Source: an uncultured bacterium (GTDB lineage: Bacteria; Patescibacteriota; Minisyncoccia; Phycocordibacterales; CAWITU01). Taken from it: 64,000 bases of DNA. The translations under genes and the position numbers were made by a program. Position 1 is the first letter of the stretch; each line of letters starts with the position of its first letter. The stretch is from the NCBI GenBank assembly GCA_963839205.1, contig CAWITU010000005.1, positions 2,121 to 66,120 on the forward strand, given 5' to 3'. Below the pieces are notes generated by a model. That model was given only the letters and a program-made list of their open reading frames with translations. It was not told the DNA's origin and did not search any database. Below, piece after piece: positions 47,926 through 55,147 of this stretch.

Positions 47926-49407
47926 ATGAAAACTTCTAGAGCGCCCATCGTAGGCGTTTTCGGCCACATAGACCACGGTAAGTCCACTCTTCTGGATTAT
48001 ATTCGTAAAACCAATGTAACAGAGAGTGAAACGGGTGGAATCACTCAGCGAATTTCGGCGTACGAATTACTTCACAAAGATCAAGCTGGTAAAAACAGAA
48101 AAATTACTTTTCTTGATACACCAGGACATCAATCGTTTGTAACAATGCGAGAGAGAGGAGCTTTGATTGCTGATATTGCAATTTTGGTTGTTTCTGCAGA
48201 AGACGGCGTGAAGGCTCAGACTATTGAAGCACTTAAATCAATTAGAAACGCCAACCTTCCATATATTGTTGCCATAAACAAAATTGATAAAGAAAGTGCG
48301 AACATTGAAAGAACAAAACAGACACTCGCTGAGAACGATATTTATGTTGAGGGGTATGGTGGAGACGTTCCTGTCGTTATGATTTCCGCCAAGACCGGAA
48401 AAGGTATTGATGAACTACTAGATTTGATTTTACTTTTGAGTGACCTTCAGGATTTAACAGGAGACCTAGAACAATTGGCGTCTGGAAAAGTTTTGGAAGC
48501 TGAGCGAGACAAACAAAAAGGAATTAGTGCGACACTCATTATTAAAGACGGAACACTTTCTTCTGGCGATTTTGTTGTAGCGGGCAATAGTATCTCCCCT
48601 GTCAGAATTTTCGAGAATTTTAAATCTGAAAAGATTACAAAAGGTGAAATGGGCGACCCTGTCAGAGTTATTGGATTTGATATTGTTCCAAAAGCTGGTT
48701 CAGATTGGCAAGCATTCAAAAGCAAGAAAGAAGCGGAAGGCTTTAAAGAATTATTTAAAGAGTATAAAACTGCAGGAAAAAATGAACTGGTGGAAGAAAG
48801 CATTTCTCCATTACCTCTCATAATTAAAGCTGACAGTGTCGGAGCTATTGAAGCAGTAGAAACAGAAGCTAGAAAAATTAGGAATGACAGAGCTTATTGG
48901 AACATCATTCAATCAAGTATTGGAGACATATCTGAGAATGATATTAAAAGTGGAAGCGGCAAAGGTAATGTTCTAGTAGTTGGATTCAATGTAAAAGTTG
49001 ATGGTGCCGCAAAAGGAATGGCAGAAAGACTTGGTATTGAAATTCAGACCTTTGATATTATTTATAAACTGACTGAATTTCTAGAAAAAGCGATTCTCAC
49101 CAAAACACCTAAAATGAAAATGGAGGAGATCACTGGCACAGCCAAAATCTTAAAGCTCTTTAGTAAGACTAAAGACAAACAGATAATGGGTGGTCGTGTT
49201 GAGACTGGTAATATTATTGTTAACGAAGAAGTTCGTATTAAAAGACGTGATGCTGAGATAGGTCTAGGTAAAATTCGCGAACTTCAGCAAGCCAAAAATA
49301 AGACTAGTCAAGTTGAAGAGGGATTAGAATTTGGGACAATGATTGAGTCTAAAATTGAGATTGCACCAGGCGATATTATTGAATGTTTTAAAATAGTAGA
49401 AAAATAA
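47926..49407 (+). CDS. infB: Translation initiation factor IF-2, short form starting at the G domain
   Basis: The translation MKTSRAPIVGVFGHIDHGKSTLLDYIRK..DTPGHQSF..NKIDK supports the call. The track ORF begins 36 nt earlier at a TTG (47890). The stop shares TAATG with rbfA. Confidence 0.9.
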   Translation: MKTSRAPIVGVFGHIDHGKSTLLDYIRKTNVTESETGGITQRISAYELLHKDQAGKNRKITFLDTPGHQSFVTMRERGALIADIAILVVSAEDGVKAQTIEALKSIRNANLPYIVAINKIDKESANIERTKQTLAENDIYVEGYGGDVPVVMISAKTGKGIDELLDLILLLSDLQDLTGDLEQLASGKVLEAERDKQKGISATLIIKDGTLSSGDFVVAGNSISPVRIFENFKSEKITKGEMGDPVRVIGFDIVPKAGSDWQAFKSKKEAEGFKELFKEYKTAGKNELVEESISPLPLIIKADSVGAIEAVETEARKIRNDRAYWNIIQSSIGDISENDIKSGSGKGNVLVVGFNVKVDGAAKGMAERLGIEIQTFDIIYKLTEFLEKAILTKTPKMKMEEITGTAKILKLFSKTKDKQIMGGRVETGNIIVNEEVRIKRRDAEIGLGKIRELQQAKNKTSQVEEGLEFGTMIESKIEIAPGDIIECFKIVEK

Positions 49408-49730
49408 TGGCTTTTCACCGAGAAAAAACAATAACTCAATTAAAAGAGCTCGCAGCCGAATTTATTTCGGAGAGATCAAACCGTACCTCACTTATTACTG
49501 TGACTGATGTTTTCCTATCGTCAGACGAAGAAAACGCTACTGTTTTAATTTCAGTTTTTCCTGAGACAGAAGAAGCGGAGGCGCTCTCGTTCTGCAAGCG
49601 AGAGCGCCCTGACCTAAAACTTTTTGTTAAGGAGAAATCCAGATTAACTCACCTTCCCTTCTTCGATTTCGCAATTGATCAAGGCGAAAAAAATCGCCGA
49701 CTGATTGACGATTTGAGCCAGAAGCTTTAG
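49407..49730 (+). CDS. rbfA: Ribosome-binding factor A
   Basis: This 107-aa ORF contains SNRTSLITVTDVFLSSDEENATVLISVF and sits in the conserved infB-rbfA order. Confidence 0.8.
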   Translation: MAFHREKTITQLKELAAEFISERSNRTSLITVTDVFLSSDEENATVLISVFPETEEAEALSFCKRERPDLKLFVKEKSRLTHLPFFDFAIDQGEKNRRLIDDLSQKL

Positions 49731-49768
49731 AATTTGAGCCTAGTCCCTTGAAAGATAGAAATAAAATC

Positions 49769-49840
49769 GGCGTGGTAGCCAAGTGGTAAGGCAAAGATCT
49801 GCAAAATCTTTATACGCCGGTTCAATTCCGGCCCACGCCT
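49769..49840 (+). tRNA. tRNA-Cys (anticodon GCA)
   Basis: The acceptor is ggcgugg/ccacgcc, the anticodon arm is aagau-cuGCAaa-aucuu, and the T arm is gccgg-uucaauu-ccggc. Confidence 0.88.
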
Positions 49841-49881
49841 CCCTTCGGTAGGGCAAAATCTTGGCGAAGGTGTCTTCACAA

Positions 49882-49963
49882 GCCCGAGTGGTGGAATTGG
49901 TATACACGCACGACTTAAAATCGTGTCTCGCAAGGGATGTGGGTTCGATTCCCACCTCGGGCA
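49882..49963 (+). tRNA. tRNA-Leu (anticodon UAA)
   Basis: The acceptor is gcccgag/cucgggc, the anticodon arm is cacga-cuUAAaa-ucgug, a long variable arm is present, and the T loop is guucgauuc. Confidence 0.88.
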
Positions 49964-49990
49964 CAAAGCTTATTCGTTTATTATTTTAAA

Positions 49991-50063
49991 CCGCCCATAG
50001 CTCAGTTGGTAGAGCAGTTGCCTCTTAAGCAAACGGTCGCAGGTTCAATTCCTGCTGGGCGGA
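49991..50063 (+). tRNA. tRNA-Lys (anticodon CUU) with a C1-G72 acceptor end
   Basis: The acceptor is ccgccca/ugggcgg, the D arm is gcuc-aguugguagagc, the anticodon loop is cuCUUaa, and the T arm is gcagg-uucaauu-ccugc. Confidence 0.85.
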
Positions 50064-50086
50064 CTCGGTATAGAAATTTAGAAAAT

Positions 50087-50168
50087 GCGCGGGTGGCGAA
50101 ATTGGCAGACGCACTAGCCTTAGGAGCTAGCGGAGCAATCCATGGAGGTTCAAGTCCTCTCCCGCGCA
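50087..50168 (+). tRNA. tRNA-Leu (anticodon UAG)
   Basis: The acceptor is gcgcggg/cccgcgc, the anticodon arm is cuagc-cuUAGga-gcuag, a long variable arm is present, and the T loop is guucaaguc. Confidence 0.88.
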
Positions 50169-50173
50169 CAACG

Positions 50174-50929
50174 TTAGTTTATCTTTTTGATTTTACCTTG
50201 ATTGATTACAGCTTGAATTGCGGCTTTCAATTCTTCTGGGCCAGCAAGGAAATATCTTTTTGTTAGTCTCAATTGTTGGTCTAATTCACAAACAAGCGGT
50301 ATTCCAGTTGGAAATTCAAATTTAACAATATCTGCTTCAGGCATATCTTCAATATGTTTTAGAAGTGCGCGCAAACTATTTCCAGAGGCAGCAACAATCA
50401 CACTCTTTCCATTTTTAATTTGCGGAGCAATATCACTTAGCCAATACGGCACCACACGCTCAACAACCATTTTAAGATTTTCCCAAAGTGGTATTTCTGA
50501 TTCATTCAAATCGGCATACAGCGGATCTTTTCCAGGATACATATCACTATCTTTAGCGAGCGGAGGAATCGGCACATCATAACCACGCCTCCAGATTTGA
50601 ACTTGGTCTTCTCCATACTTTGCTGCTGTTTCAGATTTATTCAAACCTTGAAGAGCACCGTAGTGTCTCTCATTTAGTTTCCACGATTTGTGAATTTCAA
50701 TATTCTGCTCTCCCATATCCTCAAGAATCAAATCTAAGGTTCTATAAGCTCTTTTTAAAACTGAAGTAAAAGCCACGTCAAAAGCAAAACCATTTTCTGC
50801 TAATTTACTAGCTGCGAGCCGTGCTTCGCCAACACCTTTGTCAGTAAGATCCACATCAACCCAGCCAGTAAATCTATTTTCTTTATTCCAAACACTTTCT
50901 CCGTGACGAATTAAAACTATTTTATACAT
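50174..50929 (-). CDS. gpmA: 2,3-bisphosphoglycerate-dependent phosphoglycerate mutase
   Basis: The translation MYKIVLIRHGESVWNKENRFTGWVDVDLTDKG...LNERHYGALQG supports the call. Confidence 0.95.
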   Translation of the reverse strand: MYKIVLIRHGESVWNKENRFTGWVDVDLTDKGVGEARLAASKLAENGFAFDVAFTSVLKRAYRTLDLILEDMGEQNIEIHKSWKLNERHYGALQGLNKSETAAKYGEDQVQIWRRGYDVPIPPLAKDSDMYPGKDPLYADLNESEIPLWENLKMVVERVVPYWLSDIAPQIKNGKSVIVAASGNSLRALLKHIEDMPEADIVKFEFPTGIPLVCELDQQLRLTKRYFLAGPEELKAAIQAVINQGKIKKIN

Positions 50930-50992
50930 TTTGATATTAATTTATCCATAAATCATAACACAGAAAGGGATTGGGCTCGTTTATTTTACCCT

Positions 50993-51019
50993 TGCTTTTC
51001 TCAGGTTTTGTGATATAAT
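50993..51019 (+). promoter_or_regulatory. Candidate sigma70-type promoter with an extended -10
   Basis: The -35 is TTGCTT (50993-98) and the -10 is TGaTATAAT (51011-19), about 70 nt upstream of an AGGAG RBS and the ATG at 51092. Confidence 0.4.
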
Positions 51020-51091
51020 TCGCCCAAACCAAAGTTCTCACGTTTAAGCTCGTGCTTTGTACGTTAGGTCTTTGAAAACTAGGAGATAATT

Positions 51092-52212
51092 ATGATTCTG
51101 ATAGCGTTATTGGTTTTGGTTGTTTTTGGCTTAAGTGCCTTAATCTTTATTTGGGGGATTAGTTTTCACGGCGTTTTCTTTGCCCGTGAGAAATCTGAAA
51201 GGATTATGACAGTCGATCTTGCTGGTGTTTTCACTGGCCGACTGCTGTTGCCCTCCACAATGAGTCAGATCGTTGGTCACAAGATTGTTACGGGCAGTCC
51301 GCGGGCAAACACAGGGGTTAAGCCACGGCGCTCTATCAAATTTTATCTTCTCCCTTACAGGAGCGAGATGGATTGGATTAGCGCCAAAGCGTTCTCCACT
51401 ACTCAAAAGAGACTCTCACCCGATTGGAAAATGGGGTGATTGTTGAAGAGCTAATCTGGACGCCTTATTTATTCACGGCGCCAGTTGAACATTTCTTTTC
51501 TCTTTCAGAAGTTGAAGATGCGGACGGCAACCCAGTAGATCTTACGGCCTCATTTTTCGCCCATCCGGTTGACTTCTATATCCCTTTGTATAGAAATACG
51601 GGGTATATGGAGCGCTCCGGGCGATGGTCGGTACGGCTTTAATTATGCGTGTCCGACAATTTCAGTTTGTGGTTAATAAGGGGAGTTGGTGTTGTGTACC
51701 AACCCCATGACCGCATGATTATTCACGACCTCATCAACAAGGAAGTGCTGAGAGACAATCCCAGGGAGCTCAGGGATGAGACCGAGAGTAAACTGGGTTT
51801 CGATGTTGATAGACTTAACATTTGGCAAATTGCCCTGGCAGGTGTAGACAAGGCCGCAATTGTTAAGGCTCAGGGAGATATGACGATTGAGACTCTTAAT
51901 GCTCAAATTGCCAAAACGAAAGCGGAAGGTCAGCTGCAGCTACAGTAATTGGAGCTGAAGCTCAAGCCACGAAAATTGAAAAGGAAGGTGCTGCATCTGC
52001 CAAGGTCATCAAGGTCACGGGAGAAGCTGAGGCCGCTGCTATCACAGCAAAAGCAACAGCTTATTCCAAGCCAGGTGGTGACAAAATTTGTCAGTGTCGA
52101 CCGAGTGAAGGCACTCGGCGGAAAAGTCGTGGTATACGGAGGCAACTCAATGCCAATGATAAACCTTGGCGAAACCGAAGACAGTGACAAAAAACAAGGA
52201 AGTGCAAAATGA
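51092..52212 (+). pseudogene. SPFH/band-7 (flotillin-like) membrane protein, fragmented by at least 3 frameshifts (GC-rich cassette)
   Basis: The N-terminal TM helix is MILIALLVLVVFGLSALIFIWG. Later frames give RLNIWQIALAGVDKAAIVKAQ and IGAEAQATKIEKEGAASAKVIKVTGEAEAAAITAKATAY, an Ala/Glu-rich SPFH C-terminal region. The domain call is tentative. Confidence 0.45.
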
Positions 52213-52280
52213 ACATAATATTATTAGTACTGTCTTGCCTTAGCATCCTTCTAATTATCCTGTGGTTTCTTCTTCGCTAA
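52209..52280 (+). CDS. Possible 23-aa single-TM micro-protein
   Basis: My own translation is MNIILLVLSCLSILLIILWFLLR. Its ATG overlaps the preceding stop (ATGA). Confidence 0.3.
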   Translation: MNIILLVLSCLSILLIILWFLLR

Positions 52281-52299
52281 TCGCGCAGGAGAACTCGGG

Positions 52300-52950
52300 A
52301 TGCAGGTCTTCAACAGAAGGACGACGACGCCAGTAACACCGCCATCACTCCCGAATCCACCTCTCACTCCAGCACCAACGCCCACTCCGGCAGCTACCCC
52401 ACAAGGTGGCACGCCGGTTGTACGTAGGGGTTGGCCAGCGTGGGGTTGGGTCTTACTAGTAGTACTCGCACTCATGTTCTTCCCAAAGCTTTTGAGCGCG
52501 GGGATTGATTGGTGGACAAGTGATCGTATAACTGGACTGCCTAGCGCCAATGTTTTGACGCTCGATAGTGCTCCACTAGATCATGTAAGTGGAAGGATCT
52601 GGTTACACGACGATGGTCATACGCATGGGCCAAGCAATACCGTAAGAATCATTAGCCTTGAGGGTAACAGGCATACTTTAATGTGGTCTTCAAGGACGGT
52701 ATGGGATAAGATTGGCCGTTCGTGTTTATCGGAGGAAAAGGTGGAGTCTGGTCAACGGGATCGGAGTCAGGAGAATTTACGATTCAATCTGTCGAGTGGT
52801 CGATCCAACTGGGTTGGTACCATGACAGAGAAAGGGCAGAGACCAGTGAACTTTACAATGGCTTTCGGAAGTACCGGTAATGAATGCAAGTTAGTTAAAC
52901 CAAAACGGGGTGAAGCGCATACGCTTCACCCCGTCTTCTTTTTTATCTAA
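52300..52950 (+). CDS. Hypothetical Pro-rich membrane-anchored protein (GC-rich cassette)
   Basis: This 216-aa ORF has a Pro/Thr-rich N-terminus (PPSLPNPPLTPAPTPTPAATP) and a TM helix (WGWVLLVVLALMFF). Its last 15 codons are encoded by the terminator hairpin. Confidence 0.5.
   Translation: MQVFNRRTTTPVTPPSLPNPPLTPAPTPTPAATPQGGTPVVRRGWPAWGWVLLVVLALMFFPKLLSAGIDWWTSDRITGLPSANVLTLDSAPLDHVSGRIWLHDDGHTHGPSNTVRIISLEGNRHTLMWSSRTVWDKIGRSCLSEEKVESGQRDRSQENLRFNLSSGRSNWVGTMTEKGQRPVNFTMAFGSTGNECKLVKPKRGEAHTLHPVFFFI
52905..52946 (+). terminator. Strong intrinsic terminator
   Basis: The 13-bp stem acggggtgaagcg-cata-cgcttcaccccgt is followed by cttcTTTTTT. Confidence 0.8.
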
Positions 52951-52960
52951 AATTTAATTT

Positions 52961-53233
52961 CTATTTAATAATCTGGTTTATATCCGTATTACTACTTCCA
53001 ACCCCAATACTATTTAAAATTATATGAGCGATTCCAAAAACACCAAACATAATTAGAAGTCCAACGATTCCCCAGATAATATGACGAGTACCTGTCTCCC
53101 TTCCCTCAGGCTCATTAGCCTTCATAATATATTCGGCTACTCCCCAGAGAAAATACACCAGAGCTAACCCCATCATAAAATATATGACGGGGTTAACTAT
53201 CTGACCATCAACCTTTAACAAAAAGTCTGTCAT
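52961..53233 (-). CDS. VirB2/TrbC-like (T4SS-pilin-type) small membrane protein, paralog 1
   Basis: This 90-aa ORF has two TM helices joined by the loop KANEPEGRETGTRHIIWGIVGLLIMFGVFG. It has no signal peptide. Confidence 0.6.
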   Translation of the reverse strand: MTDFLLKVDGQIVNPVIYFMMGLALVYFLWGVAEYIMKANEPEGRETGTRHIIWGIVGLLIMFGVFGIAHIILNSIGVGSSNTDINQIIK

Positions 53234-53238
53234 CAGTA

Positions 53239-53598
53239 CTATTGTGTTGGAACCTGTGGAATTGTTTCTGGAACGTTACTACCACCTGTACCAAAAGTAT
53301 TTACAAGAATATTAACTAGTCCCCAAACTGAAACCATGACGAAGAGAACAACAATGCCCCAAATCATATGGGTACGTGCTTCACCTCTTTTCTCTTCATC
53401 CGCACCTGCTGTAAGGAAAGAAACCAAACCCCATAGAAATACTAGAACTCCAATTCCAATAACCAAAGGAATCAAGCTGTTGACAATACTTTCAACACTA
53501 GAAATTGCGTTCGTAATGCTTGAAAAGTTTTGAGCAAAGGCAAGAGCTGGAGAAGCTACTATTGCAAAAGCCAAGATTTTACTAAGAATTTTTTTCAT
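53239..53598 (-). CDS. VirB2/TrbC-like (T4SS-pilin-type) small membrane protein, paralog 2
   Basis: The signal peptide ends in ALAFAQ. The core reads FLWGLVSFLTAGADEEKRGEARTHMIWGIVVLFVMVSVWGLV. Confidence 0.65.
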   Translation of the reverse strand: MKKILSKILAFAIVASPALAFAQNFSSITNAISSVESIVNSLIPLVIGIGVLVFLWGLVSFLTAGADEEKRGEARTHMIWGIVVLFVMVSVWGLVNILVNTFGTGGSNVPETIPQVPTQ

Positions 53599-53662
53599 TA
53601 TGTATCGCTTATAATTTATAATATATGACCTATTAATCTATATAACAATTGTACTATATATA

Positions 53663-54391
53663 CTAACTTAGCAAAGATAAGACTGGGGATATCAGAAAGG
53701 ATGATTTGCCTGGAAGCTGTGGAACAAGAAATCCAAAACCAAATGTGTTGGTTAGGATCTGGACAATACCAAAAACACTAACCATCACAAACAAAGCAAT
53801 GATCCCATATATCATGACATTTCTACCCTCTTTGGCTTTCTCTTCGCTTTCACCAGCATTGATATATTTAAGAACACCAATAAGAAAATAAACCAAAGCC
53901 AGCGCGAAAATAAATGGAACGACAGCTGACTGAAGAAGATTCGTGAGAGAATTAAAAATACCAGCAATACTTGAGGTATCAATCGCTCCAGTTCCACTCG
54001 AGGAACCGGACTGCGAACCTGGAAACGACGGTACATCTCCATTAAACACAGTAGTTACTAAAATTTTGACTAGACCCCAAACTGAAACCATAACGAAAAG
54101 GATTACTATCCCCCAAATCATCTGATTTCTACCTTCGGTTCTTTTATCTTCATCACCAGATGCCGTGACATATTTGAGCAAACCCCAAAGGAATAGAATA
54201 ACAGCAATACTTAAAATCAGTGGGACAAGACTATTTACGATACCCTGAAGTCCTCCAATCAGAGCACCAATGGTCGAGTAACCAGAAGAACTATTACTAC
54301 CAGTATTAACAGTTGAACCGTTCTGGGCAAAGGCCATGGCGGGTAGAAGGGATAAACCTAGTATAAGTAATATTTGTATTTTTTTGATCAT
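53663..54391 (-). CDS. Tandem-duplicated VirB2/TrbC-like pilin-type protein, paralog 3 (two domains)
   Basis: This 242-aa ORF has a signal peptide ending in AMAFAQ. It carries two copies of the module: ..LKYVTASGDEDKRTEGRNQMIWGIVILFVMVSVWGLV.. and ..LKYINAGESEEKAKEGRNVMIYGIIALFVMVSVFGIV. Confidence 0.65.
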   Translation of the reverse strand: MIKKIQILLILGLSLLPAMAFAQNGSTVNTGSNSSSGYSTIGALIGGLQGIVNSLVPLILSIAVILFLWGLLKYVTASGDEDKRTEGRNQMIWGIVILFVMVSVWGLVKILVTTVFNGDVPSFPGSQSGSSSGTGAIDTSSIAGIFNSLTNLLQSAVVPFIFALALVYFLIGVLKYINAGESEEKAKEGRNVMIYGIIALFVMVSVFGIVQILTNTFGFGFLVPQLPGKSSFLISPVLSLLS

Positions 54392-54395
54392 TAAA

Positions 54396-54764
54396 TTAAC
54401 TTGAGCTTGTTAAACCTAAATTACCTACGGTATTACTAATTGCCAGTTGGAGAGCTGTAGCCCCTAACAAAATCGCAGCACCAATAAGAGTCCAAGTTAA
54501 TGCCGTCTTAGCTTTTGATAATTTTTCCTCGTTACCTTGGGCAGTTACAAACAAGAAACCACAATAAATTATAGCAACAACAACAACAATTGCTCCAATT
54601 TGAGTCGCAGCAGTTAAAATACTGGTCATAAAATCTGTTAAGGTGGCAGTCTTAGTCAATGGATTACAAATCTCTCCTTGTGTACATGGAGTGGCATGTG
54701 CCACAAAAGGCAGTACCAAAAACATGGTGATTGATAGTAATATTTTTTTAAAAGTGTATTTCAT
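54396..54764 (-). CDS. VirB2/TrbC-like pilin-type protein, paralog 4 (Cys-loop subtype)
   Basis: The signal peptide ends in FVAHA. This is followed by TPCTQGEIC and then YCGFLFVTAQGNEEKLSKAKTALTWTLIGAAILLG. Confidence 0.6.
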   Translation of the reverse strand: MKYTFKKILLSITMFLVLPFVAHATPCTQGEICNPLTKTATLTDFMTSILTAATQIGAIVVVVAIIYCGFLFVTAQGNEEKLSKAKTALTWTLIGAAILLGATALQLAISNTVGNLGLTSSS

Positions 54765-54772
54765 TAAAATAA

Positions 54773-55147
54773 TTATTGAACTACCGTTTCAGCATTACTT
54801 CCTGTGGTATTAACACCAAGCTGAACAATAATAAAATGGACTATTAACCAAGCACCAAGAGAAACAACTATTCCAATGACGACTTTCCAAAGAATCTCGT
54901 GGGCTTTAGATATTTTACCAGTATCTCCACCAGCTGTCATGTACAAAAATCCAGCGTAAGCGAAAGAAATAGCGGCCAGAGAAACAGAAATGGTAAGAAG
55001 AAAATTAATTAGATTGTTTCCTAATGTTATTAAATCATTCCAATCACAAGGCCCTGAAGCACCAGAGGTATTTGTACACGCCACGATGGCAGGCAAACTA
55101 CTTTTAAATCCTTTATTGAGTCGCTGTAGCATTTGTATTTGGCGCAT
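54773..55147 (-). CDS. VirB2/TrbC-like pilin-type protein, paralog 5 (Cys-loop subtype)
   Basis: The ORF contains CTNTSGASGPCDW and then YAGFLYMTAGGDTGKISKAHEILWKVVIGIVVSLG. Its start is uncertain (55147 or 55132) and overlaps the 3' end of the SBP gene. Confidence 0.55.
   Translation of the reverse strand: MRQIQMLQRLNKGFKSSLPAIVACTNTSGASGPCDWNDLITLGNNLINFLLTISVSLAAISFAYAGFLYMTAGGDTGKISKAHEILWKVVIGIVVSLGAWLIVHFIIVQLGVNTTGSNAETVVQ

Noticed and set aside
49727-50266. Track ORFs of 74-109 aa overlapping the tRNA cluster (49727-49966, 49740-49964, 49937-50266).
   Set aside because: The region folds into four canonical tRNAs (Cys, Leu, Lys, Leu). The ORFs are read-through artefacts of structured RNA genes.
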